Origin: an uncultured Lachnospiraceae bacterium | Lineage (GTDB): Bacteria > Bacillota > Clostridia > Lachnospirales > Lachnospiraceae | Direction of reading: 5' to 3' | Assembly: GCA_948909305.1 (NCBI GenBank) | Contig: CAQWRG010000005.1 | Span: forward strand, 4,716 to 68,715 | DNA: 64,000 nt | Shown here: positions 28,859 to 38,603 of the stretch, in pieces | Layout of the letters: every line of letters starts with the position of its first letter | Numbering within the stretch: position 1 is the first letter of the stretch | Notes under the pieces: generated by a model | The model's input: the letters and a program-made list of their open reading frames with translations, nothing else | Databases searched by the model: none | What the model was told of the DNA's origin: nothing | Translations under genes and position numbers: made by a program

Positions 28859-31800
28859 ATGGGAAGAGGAGCGGACAACTTTTATCTGATTTTAGGGCTG
28901 GATTTCTTAAAGCCGGAATCTGACCAGAAAGTCATACTAAAACGCCTTAATGAAAAACAGAAGTTTTGGGATAAAAATAGGGAGCACAGGGAAAAGGGAC
29001 CTAAATATCGGCAATATAGCCAGTGGGTGCCAATTATCGCAAGCACGATGGCAAAGGAATCCTCACGCAATGCAGAAGCGAACGACGCGAGGGCATATGT
29101 GCAGCAGCGTCTGAGTGAAAATAAAAGGCATTTAGGCGGAAAGCAGAAGATTGATTCCTCTACGGCAGAGGCGATGATGGAGCTGTGTGGGCTTAGCGTA
29201 GAATTAAAAGATTTGTTTGAAAAGCTGGCGAATGTGCAAATATCGGATGAGAACGAAGAAATAAAAAAAGAAGATCCAAATCCGAAGCCAACTGGATTTG
29301 CAAGATTTTCCAAGTTAAAAGGTTCAGAGAAATATTTGTCCGTATTGAGAAAAACAGATTTATATCATTTTTTGGCGGACAGTGAAGAACAGGCAGATCA
29401 AATCGGAATCAGAAACCTGTCCGGAAAAGATTTGCTGGAAAAACATTTAGCGCCCATTAAAAAGGCATTTGAACATGACCGTGGAAATGAGGGTACGGCA
29501 GTCAAAGAGTTAGCATCTCTTTGCGAAGATATATTTGATCCTGCCCATCCAGAAAGGAAGGAAGAATACGACCTCTATTTAATCTGGAAGCAAAAAGATG
29601 AGATCATAACGAAAATGGTGGCTTTTTCCGGTAAAAACAGAAAACTGGAGCAGGGACAGCAGGAACCTTTTGTTGATGCCCTGACCCAGATTTTGAAAGA
29701 CAGGGAATCGGCGGTAAAAGTTTTTCAGCAAATTTGCATATTTAAAGACATTTCGTTTTCTTCTGTACAGGAGAACAAAAACAGGGTGGCGTGCGGGCAC
29801 TGTTTTGCGATGGTGGACATTTCCCATGGAGAGCGTAAATGCTCAGTCTGCGGCAGTGACTTATACATCAAATGCCCGAACCCGGATTGTAAGAAAGAAG
29901 TCCTTGCATCTTCGAGAGCCTGCGGCTACTGCGGGACGGATATGAATTTAGCGCAAAAGGCGGAACAGCTTTGCAATATGGCAAAGGCGGCGATTGCCAG
30001 TATGGATATTGCAAAAGCAAGGGGCGCCCTTGTGAGGGCGGAACAGCTTTTGAAGGGATATGCTAAAACGGTAAAGTTAAGCGCTGAACTTGAGAAATTG
30101 GAACGGTCGTTTTCGAAGGAACTCGAAAATTTGGATGCATTGATTGCAAAAAAAGAATTTTATCACGCGAATGATGTATTAAAAACAATTTTGCAAAAAG
30201 CGCCGACAGCGCAGATTGCTCAGGCTGTCTTGGTGGAAAATGCAGTCAAAGAAGCGGAAAATCTTTATCAATCAGCGCTTACAAAGAAAACGGAAGGTGA
30301 ATTGATTCAGATATGTTCCCAGATTGTCAACTTGTGTGTGGATTATCCGGGAGTAGAGGCTCTGATTTTAAAATTTCCTCCGAAACCTGTTTCTAATATT
30401 AAAATTTTGGCGGATACAGCTACATGCGTTAATACATTGACATGGGATAAAAGCCCGTCAGAAGGAGAGATTTGCTATAAAATTATCCGAAAAGAAAATA
30501 CTGCGGCCGCATCGGTTGGAGATAAAAGCGCGGAAGAAATTGGAGAGGCGGGGATTCCCCGTTTTGTAGATGAACATGTAAGAGCCGGAGTGGATTATTA
30601 TTACAGTATTTATACAATCCGCGCAGGAGCCGCATCGGAGCCTGCGTTTGCCCATGCAGTAAATTTGGCGGAAGCGAATTTAATCCGGACGGAAGAAGGA
30701 GATGGTTATGTCAGGGCGGAATGGAAACCGTTAGGAGGACATGCCGCCGCGGAAGTCTGGCGGATAGAAGGCGAGACGCCGCCGTGTCGCGGTGAAGGCG
30801 AAAGAATTACATCGGGCAGTAATTATTTTATGGACGACGCCGTAGAAAATGACCGCGCATACAGTTATCTTATTACGGTGAAATACCAGACTGGTGGAAA
30901 AAGCGTTTTTACGAATGGGGTTTCCATTACGCTGTTCCCATCTTCTGTCCCAGAGCCGGTAGAAGATTTGACGGTTTCCAATGTGGAGGATGATATCTTT
31001 GAAGCGGTTTTTTCGTATGAAGGTGAGGAAAAAGTGTCGCTTTACTGCGCAGAGCAGAGAACCTCATTTCAGTATGGAGATATAGTCGGCATGGATAAGG
31101 TGACGGCAGCTTTAAAGCCGCTTGAGATTCTTTCATCGTCGAAAAACAGCGTAAGGTTCCGTTTAAAAGACAATAAAAAATATGTCATTGTGCCGGTAAG
31201 CATTAAACATAATACTGCGGTCATCGGGGAATGCGCCGCTGTAGCCAAAATGGAAAAAATCCAGATAAAAGGTATGGAATGGGTTAATTCCACGCTGCAT
31301 ATCCGCATGGAATGGCCAAAAGAAGCCGTTTTAGCGATTGCTCTTTATGGAACAGACAGTTATGCCAAAAATCTGGAAGACCGCGCAGGCAAAACGTCTC
31401 GGAGCGTCAGTAAAAAACAATTTGAAGCGGACGGCGCGCTTTTACTGAAAAACATAGAGAAAAAAGATTATTTTATTACGTTATTCTCCGCATGCAGAGT
31501 CAATGGGGAGCTTGTCTATTCAGATGGCGCACGGCTGACTTTTACAAATAAGGAAAAGACGGATATCCACTATACGATCAGGCGGAAAGGCTTTCTCAAC
31601 AAACAGGTAGAAATTGAATTTAAAAGCACAGTAAAAACGTTTGCCCTGCCAGAGATTGACCTGATTTCAAAACAACATGCCGTTCCGGTTTATGCAAATT
31701 CAGGAAACCTTGCGCGACACATTGCGGCTCAGGAAGTCTGTGGAAGCCACATTGAGCTGTTTGAAGCAAAATCTTTTCCCAAAGACAGTTATATCAAAGC

Positions 31801-31876
31801 GTTTTTTACAGATGAAGATATAAATGACAAATTAAGCCTGCGTCCGGCGTATGGCACGGATTTTAAAGTAAATTAA
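28859..31876 (+). CDS. Large multidomain protein with an N-terminal degenerate J-like domain (HPD motif lost), two zinc ribbons, a helical region and FN3/Ig-like beta domains
   Basis: The N-terminus NFYLILGLDF..ESDQKVILKRLNEKQKFWDKN aligns to J-domain helices II/III (DYYEILGV...KAYRKLAMKYHPDKN) with HPD replaced. Zinc ribbons CGHC...CSVCG and CPNPDC...CGYCG. The C-terminal half predicts all-beta. Confidence 0.55.
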   Translation: MGRGADNFYLILGLDFLKPESDQKVILKRLNEKQKFWDKNREHREKGPKYRQYSQWVPIIASTMAKESSRNAEANDARAYVQQRLSENKRHLGGKQKIDSSTAEAMMELCGLSVELKDLFEKLANVQISDENEEIKKEDPNPKPTGFARFSKLKGSEKYLSVLRKTDLYHFLADSEEQADQIGIRNLSGKDLLEKHLAPIKKAFEHDRGNEGTAVKELASLCEDIFDPAHPERKEEYDLYLIWKQKDEIITKMVAFSGKNRKLEQGQQEPFVDALTQILKDRESAVKVFQQICIFKDISFSSVQENKNRVACGHCFAMVDISHGERKCSVCGSDLYIKCPNPDCKKEVLASSRACGYCGTDMNLAQKAEQLCNMAKAAIASMDIAKARGALVRAEQLLKGYAKTVKLSAELEKLERSFSKELENLDALIAKKEFYHANDVLKTILQKAPTAQIAQAVLVENAVKEAENLYQSALTKKTEGELIQICSQIVNLCVDYPGVEALILKFPPKPVSNIKILADTATCVNTLTWDKSPSEGEICYKIIRKENTAAASVGDKSAEEIGEAGIPRFVDEHVRAGVDYYYSIYTIRAGAASEPAFAHAVNLAEANLIRTEEGDGYVRAEWKPLGGHAAAEVWRIEGETPPCRGEGERITSGSNYFMDDAVENDRAYSYLITVKYQTGGKSVFTNGVSITLFPSSVPEPVEDLTVSNVEDDIFEAVFSYEGEEKVSLYCAEQRTSFQYGDIVGMDKVTAALKPLEILSSSKNSVRFRLKDNKKYVIVPVSIKHNTAVIGECAAVAKMEKIQIKGMEWVNSTLHIRMEWPKEAVLAIALYGTDSYAKNLEDRAGKTSRSVSKKQFEADGALLLKNIEKKDYFITLFSACRVNGELVYSDGARLTFTNKEKTDIHYTIRRKGFLNKQVEIEFKSTVKTFALPEIDLISKQHAVPVYANSGNLARHIAAQEVCGSHIELFEAKSFPKDSYIKAFFTDEDINDKLSLRPAYGTDFKVN

Positions 31877-31905
31877 AGAGGATTGCTATTTAGGAGGAAG
31901 AAGAA

Positions 31906-33144
31906 ATGGCAAAAAAATACACATGTCCCTATTGTTTTAAAGAGCATGAATTTGAAGATGTGGAATTTCGGTGTGTCAATGGGTTTTGCAGTGAGAAAAC
32001 GCAAGATGAAAAATACGCCCAGTATTTGGGGTTAAAGAAGGAATCAATGCCGCTGACAAACGCGACATTTTGCGCGAAAACGGTTTTGCCGAAATTGTTC
32101 CGCGGCCGTTATATGCCGATGTGGGAGAATTGCCCGTTTTGTGAAACAAAGACGTCAATCCGGGTTTGCCCGGACTGCCATAATGAGCTTCCGGAAGGAA
32201 TCCAAGATAATGAAGATATGATAATCGCGATTGTAGGGAGCCGTGATACGGGAAAAACGCATTTTATTTCTGTATTAATCAATGAACTGCAAAAGAGGAT
32301 ATGCCCTACGGTTTTCAATGGAATTTTTAATCCTATGAATGACGCGGTGCATAATCATTATATGGATCATTTTTACAACAGGGTTTATATACAAAAACAG
32401 TTACAGGATTTAACGGCGACAGCAAACCAGAGAGGGGAAATATCCGTAAGGAAGCCGTTAATTTATGAAATGATTATTCCGTTGGACGACAAAGGGAAGC
32501 GTGTCCGCAAGTTTACATTTGTATTTTACGATACCGCGGGTGAAGATTTAAAAAGTGAAGCGGTGATGAAGACGGTAAACCGTTATATCTGTAAAGCGGC
32601 GGGAATTATCTTTTTGCTTGACCCGCTTCAGATTATGGAGCTGCGGAACAATATGGATGAAGATGAAATCAAAACGTCTTCTTCTATTCTGGAAAATGAG
32701 ATTGTATCGCAAGAAATGGTTTTACAGAGAATTGCAAATGTAATCCGTGAGGATAAAGGAATGAAAAAATCGCAGAAAATCAATGTGCCTACAGCAATCG
32801 CGTTTTCGAAATTTGATGTGTTAAAACGTTTCTTCCCAAAAGGCAGCATAGTATTGGAGCCTTCGAGTTATCTGCGGGAAGGGCAGCTTGATAAAAGCGA
32901 ATGGTTTACTGTAAGCAATGAGATAGAAGCGATGCTCAATGAGTGGGGAGCGGGCGGATTTGCCACACAGGTAAAAATGACGTTTGACAGGTATACATAT
33001 AGCGCCGTATCGGCTTTGGGGCAGCGTCCGATATTGTCGAAATCGGGAGGGGCGAAAGAAATTGCAAGCCAGCCGATGCCGCATCGGGTAGAAGATCCGT
33101 TTTTATGGCTCTTAAAAGAAAACCGGGTTATCAAAGAAAAATAG
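31906..33144 (+). CDS. Double zinc-ribbon protein fused to a Ras-like small GTPase / P-loop domain
   Basis: Zinc ribbons CPYC...C..C and CPFC...CPDC. G1 IAIVGSRDTGKTHF, G3 FVFYDTAGED (DTAGQE-like), G4-like FSKFD. Confidence 0.55.
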   Translation: MAKKYTCPYCFKEHEFEDVEFRCVNGFCSEKTQDEKYAQYLGLKKESMPLTNATFCAKTVLPKLFRGRYMPMWENCPFCETKTSIRVCPDCHNELPEGIQDNEDMIIAIVGSRDTGKTHFISVLINELQKRICPTVFNGIFNPMNDAVHNHYMDHFYNRVYIQKQLQDLTATANQRGEISVRKPLIYEMIIPLDDKGKRVRKFTFVFYDTAGEDLKSEAVMKTVNRYICKAAGIIFLLDPLQIMELRNNMDEDEIKTSSSILENEIVSQEMVLQRIANVIREDKGMKKSQKINVPTAIAFSKFDVLKRFFPKGSIVLEPSSYLREGQLDKSEWFTVSNEIEAMLNEWGAGGFATQVKMTFDRYTYSAVSALGQRPILSKSGGAKEIASQPMPHRVEDPFLWLLKENRVIKEK

Positions 33145-33156
33145 GGAGGAAAAGAA

Positions 33157-35436
33157 ATGGGGATAAATCAGGCGCTTTTTACTTCTTCTGCCCGTGGAAT
33201 CAGTAAGGGCGGGGGATTGGGCTTACATAGTTATAACAGGACATGCAGTGACATGGAACTGAGGGAATTTGAGCAGGGGTTCTGCCACTATTCCTATCAG
33301 GGCGACAGCAGCGAAATACCGAATCTGCCCAAAAAAATGCTGTATAAGAAAATTGATGGAGATCGGTATCTATTGGCAAGCGTGACTTATTTGGGAAAGG
33401 ATTATCTCAAGGAGCAAGGGCGTATGGGAAACCTTCTTAGCCATATGTATTCTTTTGAGAGAAAAGACCTTACGAAATATCCGATGGAATTTTGCGCAAG
33501 CCCTGATTTCCGTTATGAAATGGAATCTGATGAAGTGGACGGCAGCAGGCGCGTAGAGTATCTTTCTGAAGTAAGCGGCGTTAGGACGGGGACGAAAGTC
33601 ATGCGTGAAACTGTACAGGCATTTTTAGAAGCAGAGCCTTGGAGAATTGATTTTTTCAGAAATCTTTTAGCGGCGGTTTTTCATAGGGATGCAGTCCATA
33701 AAGTAATCCTTTCCGACAGCCATGAACATATTTTGATGTGGCTTGCGGCGGTTGAATTTGCTCTGCCATTGCAGTGCGCAATAGAACTTTCTTTCTCCAG
33801 TTATGAAGAAAATCCAATGATTTCGGAGTTTGATATCCGCGGCATGGCATCTGGGCTTAGCGTGGGAAGTTGTGAAGAATACGCCGCAAGCGGGCAGTAT
33901 TATGTATTTGACGGGAATCATCAGGCTTATCCCAAATTTGATATAACGGAGGGTTATTTTCAGTATGGAATTTTATTTGGCATAGACAGTATTCAGGGGT
34001 TTTGTGATTTTATGAAATCATATGGATATTATAGCGTAGATATGGATATTTGCGCCGGATACAATCTCTACCAAATGGTACAGGGAGGAATGGATCTTCT
34101 GGGAGAAAAGGAGTTTCAGGATGCAGTTTCATTTGAAAGCAAGTATGGAGATCGCGCCACATACAGGCAGATTTTAGAAAACCAGTTTGAAAAAATAGAA
34201 GGAAATTACACACCAGATCTTTCAGTGTTAAAAAGCATTTATGTCTGGCTGATTGGGTATTTTCAGAAACCGCTTACGATAAAAGACTTGGAGTTTGCGG
34301 TCGCATACGCTGTTCGGCTGGAGCGGTATGGAAAGGACAATACTAAACTTGTAAATGCAAGAAAGCAGATGTGGGAATTTATCTATGAAACGATGGTGCA
34401 GAGCAAACAGAAAACGGCGCTTGCTTTTTTGCTTGAGAAGTTAAAAGAGGCGGGATTGTATGAACATATTGGAGAGTTTAGCCGTTATCTGATCCAGTTT
34501 GCAAACGAAGATACGGCTGCAAAAAGGCTTGGCCGTCTGTTCACTATGCTGTGGGAGGCTGTGCCGCAGACAGAATACCGGTATTTCGATGCGGTTGTTG
34601 AGACAGAAGCGGACCGGCTTGCCGCATATGATGGAAAAGAGCAGTACAGGGAAGCGCTGCTTGCTTTTTTGAAAGTTCAGGAACTGGGATATGGGCAGGT
34701 GCATGGGAAGGGAATGGAAAAGCTGATAGCCTTTCTATCGTGCGGAACAAATTTCGAAGATTTAAAACCCAGAAAACAGGGGCTGATTCATAGAAAAAAA
34801 GAAAACCGTGACGAGCTGGAACAGCTTCAGGCAAAAGCCGCATTTGAAGCGTTTAATTATGCGCAGAAGCATAACAAAAATATATCTATTGCAAACATCA
34901 GGCTTTTGCATTTAGGCAAGTGCATCCAAAATGCGTTTGAATTGGAAAAACCGCTGGAAAAGGTTAAAACGCTCCGGATTTATTCGGATTATCCGGTGGA
35001 TATGGAACGGATTTCGCATGATGAATTTGAGTTTTATTTGGATATTCTGTGTGAGACGATTTTTACAATGCAGTTAGATAAGTCGGATTATATGCAGCTT
35101 TTGACGTATTGGATTTTGGAAAAACGGCAGAAAAGCATATTAATGCAAAAATTTTTGTCCGGTGAAATGAACAGCGTAAAAAAGGATAGTGAAGCAGGCG
35201 GGCTTATAAGTCTTCTGTCAGCGCTTAAGAATCTGAATGATGAGGAATATACAGAAGCGTTTCAAAAGAATCTCTTTTTGCTTAAGGAATCACAGCGCGT
35301 TAGGGCGGCGGATTTAATGAAAAAAGAGTATGGAGCGGACAATGAAGGCTATCGGTTTTGGCGGCAGTTAATACGCGGAGAAAAACCGACTGAAAAAAGT
35401 CTGACAAAGAAATTTCCGAAATTTGGGAAAAGGTAA
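33157..35436 (+). CDS. Hypothetical 759-aa protein, predicted cytoplasmic and alpha-rich
   Basis: A 12-nt gap with an RBS couples it to the GTPase gene. No recognisable motif. Confidence 0.5.
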   Translation: MGINQALFTSSARGISKGGGLGLHSYNRTCSDMELREFEQGFCHYSYQGDSSEIPNLPKKMLYKKIDGDRYLLASVTYLGKDYLKEQGRMGNLLSHMYSFERKDLTKYPMEFCASPDFRYEMESDEVDGSRRVEYLSEVSGVRTGTKVMRETVQAFLEAEPWRIDFFRNLLAAVFHRDAVHKVILSDSHEHILMWLAAVEFALPLQCAIELSFSSYEENPMISEFDIRGMASGLSVGSCEEYAASGQYYVFDGNHQAYPKFDITEGYFQYGILFGIDSIQGFCDFMKSYGYYSVDMDICAGYNLYQMVQGGMDLLGEKEFQDAVSFESKYGDRATYRQILENQFEKIEGNYTPDLSVLKSIYVWLIGYFQKPLTIKDLEFAVAYAVRLERYGKDNTKLVNARKQMWEFIYETMVQSKQKTALAFLLEKLKEAGLYEHIGEFSRYLIQFANEDTAAKRLGRLFTMLWEAVPQTEYRYFDAVVETEADRLAAYDGKEQYREALLAFLKVQELGYGQVHGKGMEKLIAFLSCGTNFEDLKPRKQGLIHRKKENRDELEQLQAKAAFEAFNYAQKHNKNISIANIRLLHLGKCIQNAFELEKPLEKVKTLRIYSDYPVDMERISHDEFEFYLDILCETIFTMQLDKSDYMQLLTYWILEKRQKSILMQKFLSGEMNSVKKDSEAGGLISLLSALKNLNDEEYTEAFQKNLFLLKESQRVRAADLMKKEYGADNEGYRFWRQLIRGEKPTEKSLTKKFPKFGKR

Positions 35437-35451
35437 GGCGGAGATATAAAT

Positions 35452-36495
35452 ATGGCGTTTAAAAGAGCGAATCGGGAGATTGTTCAAAACATAAAAAAGG
35501 GATATTACTACCGGAAAATGCCGCCTGCGCTTCAAAAAGGCTATGAAATTGCGGCAGAGGGGATTCTTTCTTTTCAGAAAAAAGTAAAGATAGCGGATTG
35601 CTCTGGCAAGGAAGAAATGGAGCGGATTATCCGCGCTGTCCTTATGGAACATCCTCAGTTTTTTTATTTGAATGCAAAAGATATTGGCGTTGTAAATGCG
35701 GGGGAGTCATTTTCGTTTTCCTTTCATTATTTGTATGACAAAAAAGAAGCCATTCAGCTATTGCAGCAGATAGACAATCGGGCAGACTATATTTTGTCAG
35801 AAATCATTACGGACGGCATGACGGATTATGATAAATGCGTGGCAATTCATGATTATGTTACAAATCATATCCGTTACAATTTTTCTGCGGCGGCAGTTTC
35901 CTATATTTACGATGCATTTACGATAGAAGGCCCTATCCTAAAAAATCAGGCGGTTTGCGAAGGGATTGCAAAGACCATCGCTTATTTACTGGACAAGCTT
36001 TCTGTCAATCATTTAATTGTGGCAGGTTTTAGTGACATTGATGGGGTTCATGCGCCGCACGCATGGAATATGGTGGAGTTAGAAGGAAGTTATTATCATA
36101 TCGATGCGACATGGGATTTACAGGAAATCAATCATTTTACGAACTGCTCTCATATGTATGTAAATTTAGACGATGACTCCATGCTTGAAAACCATGATTG
36201 GGAATTGGGGGACTATCCGTCTTGTGATAAACGGGCAGAGAACTATTATGTAAAAGAAGGGCGTTTTTTCCGGTCAATGCGAAGCTTTGAATTGTATGCG
36301 CAGAAATTTTTACAGGAGGGGCAGTCTTTTATGGACGCCAGGTTTGAAGATGTATTGGATTTGCCTGATGAGAATGGGAATTATTTGGCGGAAATAATTC
36401 AGAAAAGCGCTGTGTATGCCGGGAAAAGATGTCAGGTATCTTTTGTCTTCCATCCATGCAATTATGTGTTTCAGGCGAATGTGATGTATGGATAA
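35452..36495 (+). CDS. Transglutaminase-like superfamily cysteine protease/transglutaminase
   Basis: Cys-His-Asp core AVCEGIAKTIAYLL ... HAWNMVEL ... YHIDATWD. Confidence 0.75.
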   Translation: MAFKRANREIVQNIKKGYYYRKMPPALQKGYEIAAEGILSFQKKVKIADCSGKEEMERIIRAVLMEHPQFFYLNAKDIGVVNAGESFSFSFHYLYDKKEAIQLLQQIDNRADYILSEIITDGMTDYDKCVAIHDYVTNHIRYNFSAAAVSYIYDAFTIEGPILKNQAVCEGIAKTIAYLLDKLSVNHLIVAGFSDIDGVHAPHAWNMVELEGSYYHIDATWDLQEINHFTNCSHMYVNLDDDSMLENHDWELGDYPSCDKRAENYYVKEGRFFRSMRSFELYAQKFLQEGQSFMDARFEDVLDLPDENGNYLAEIIQKSAVYAGKRCQVSFVFHPCNYVFQANVMYG

Positions 36496-36519
36496 TTAGG
36501 AAATAGGAAGAAGGACGAG

Positions 36520-37296
36520 ATGAAATTTTCAAATTATAGAAAACAAGATGTATATAAGATGCTGTTAAAGGCGGCAGTGGCATTCGTGATTCTGATTGTG
36601 GCTTTGTTTACAGTTTACAGGATTGCAAAGCCAAAAGTGGATATGTGGCTTTTAGAGAGGAAAGAGGCTAAAGAAAAAAGAGAAGCGGAAGAAAAAAAGG
36701 AAGCGGAAGAAAAAGCGGAAAGGGAATCCGAAGAACAAAGAATGCAGGAACTTGCGGAAGAATCGGATCGGATAAGCGACGGGCAGGAACAGAAAGATTC
36801 TGAATATGAGGAAGAATCAGAAACGGAAGAACCGGAAACGGAAGAATCGTCTATTCATCGGTATGAGTATGTAGTGGAAGATTGTACATGGCAGGAAGCG
36901 TTTGAAACATGCAAGTCAAAAGGGGGCTGTCTTGTCAATATCGACGACGAAGCGGAGTTTGCCTATATTACAGCGGAAATTGAAAAAAACGGTATGAAAG
37001 AGATCTTGTTTTATTTGGGAGCATCACAGGATTCGGAACAAAATTACCGTTGGCGGTCGGCAGAAGGCGCGTTTAGCGGGGGTATCCTAAATGGAGTGGG
37101 ACATTCTTGGCACAGCAGATATTGGATGCAGGGAGAACCCAGTTATTATGACGGAGAAATAGAAGAAAATGTACTGGCTATGCAGTTTTTTGAAAAAGAA
37201 GCGAGATGGGTATTCAATGATGTGCCGGGGGATATTGTGGGAAATTTTTCATATCTCAGTGGAAAAATAGGCTATATCTGTGAATACAGTGAGTAG
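36520..37296 (+). CDS. Type-II membrane protein with an extracellular C-type-lectin-like domain (CTLD), paralog 1
   Basis: Conserved N-terminus MKFSNYRKQD..KMLL, one TM, a Glu/Lys-rich stalk, then the CTLD (CTWQEAFETCKSKGGCLVNID...WRSAEG...WMQGEPS...WVFNDVPGD...YICEY). Confidence 0.7.
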   Translation: MKFSNYRKQDVYKMLLKAAVAFVILIVALFTVYRIAKPKVDMWLLERKEAKEKREAEEKKEAEEKAERESEEQRMQELAEESDRISDGQEQKDSEYEEESETEEPETEESSIHRYEYVVEDCTWQEAFETCKSKGGCLVNIDDEAEFAYITAEIEKNGMKEILFYLGASQDSEQNYRWRSAEGAFSGGILNGVGHSWHSRYWMQGEPSYYDGEIEENVLAMQFFEKEARWVFNDVPGDIVGNFSYLSGKIGYICEYSE

Positions 37297-37326
37297 GCAG
37301 GGAAATTTATCGGGAGAAGATAAGGT

Positions 37327-38589
37327 ATGAAATTAAAAAAGGCGCTGGCAGTTAGTTTGTGTATGTTGTTTTGCGTTTTGCTGGGATATGTGTTTGGAGA
37401 ATGGAAAGCGGGAAAAGAAAGTGTGGCGCGTCCTAAAAAAAAGTCCATAGAACAAACGGCATCGGAGGAAAAAGAGAAAGAGCCGCTGTCTGTAACGGAA
37501 AGTGTGGAATCGCTTCCGAAAGAAGACGCAAAGGAAACATGGATTCGTGAAAAGCTGTCTGAGATGACAGAGGAACAGAAGGCGGCTCAGTTATTTGTGA
37601 TTTTGCCGGAAGCGTTGACCGGGGTAAGACAGGTAATCCGGGCTGGAGAAACTTCAAGGCAAAGTCTGTTATCGTATCCGGTCGGAGGCTTGATTTATAT
37701 GTCCGGAAGCCTGAAAAGTCCGGAGCAGACAAAAGAAATGCTTGGAAATATGATGGAGTTTAGCCAAAATGATACGGGCATACCGCTGTTTTTATGCGTT
37801 GATGAGGAAGGCGGTAAGGTGGCGCGGGTGGCGTCGAATCCGGCATTTGGCGTACAGAATGTTGGGAATATGAGGGAAATTGGAGATTCTGGCGACATTA
37901 GAAGGGCTTATGCGGCAGGAAAGGAAATGGGGGCGTATTTAAAAGACCTTGGCTTTAATGTGGATTTTGCGCCTGTAGCGGATGTTTTGACAAATCCACA
38001 GAACGAGCTATTGCAAAACAGAAGTTTTGGGTCAGATGCTGAATTGGTGCGGGGCATGGTAGAACAGGCGGCAAAGGGAATTGAGGAATCTGGCGTATTT
38101 TCCTGCGTCAAGCATTTTCCGGGTCATGGGAATACAAATGAAGATTCGCATAATGGCTATGCGACGACGCAAAAGACTTTAGAGGAAATGCGTCAGACTG
38201 AATTTATCCCGTTTCAAGATCAGATTGAAAAAGGGATTTCGTTTGTTATGGCAGGGCATATTTCCGCGCCGAATGTGATGGGAGATCAGACGCCTTCATC
38301 TTTATCCGGCATTATGCTGACAGATATTTTACGCAATGAGCTAAAGTTTGACGGAATTATTATTACTGATGCATTAAATATGGGAGCGGTTACAAGCCAT
38401 TATTCTTCTGGGGAAGCTGCGGTTATGGCTTTTTTGGCCGGGGCGGATATGCTTTTGATGCCTCAGGATTTTCATAGCGCATACAATGCAATTTTAGAAG
38501 AAATTCATCAGGGCAGGATTACAAAAGAACGTTTGGATGCATCGGTTGGGAGGATATTAAGTGTGAAGTATCAGTTACTACAAAAATAA
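37327..38589 (+). CDS. Glycoside hydrolase family 3 beta-N-acetylhexosaminidase (NagZ-like), membrane-anchored
   Basis: N-terminal TM anchor. GH3 signature KHFPGHGNT..DSH and GIIITDALNMGA. Confidence 0.8.
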   Translation: MKLKKALAVSLCMLFCVLLGYVFGEWKAGKESVARPKKKSIEQTASEEKEKEPLSVTESVESLPKEDAKETWIREKLSEMTEEQKAAQLFVILPEALTGVRQVIRAGETSRQSLLSYPVGGLIYMSGSLKSPEQTKEMLGNMMEFSQNDTGIPLFLCVDEEGGKVARVASNPAFGVQNVGNMREIGDSGDIRRAYAAGKEMGAYLKDLGFNVDFAPVADVLTNPQNELLQNRSFGSDAELVRGMVEQAAKGIEESGVFSCVKHFPGHGNTNEDSHNGYATTQKTLEEMRQTEFIPFQDQIEKGISFVMAGHISAPNVMGDQTPSSLSGIMLTDILRNELKFDGIIITDALNMGAVTSHYSSGEAAVMAFLAGADMLLMPQDFHSAYNAILEEIHQGRITKERLDASVGRILSVKYQLLQK

Positions 38590-38603
38590 ACGGTGGAGAA
38601 AAA

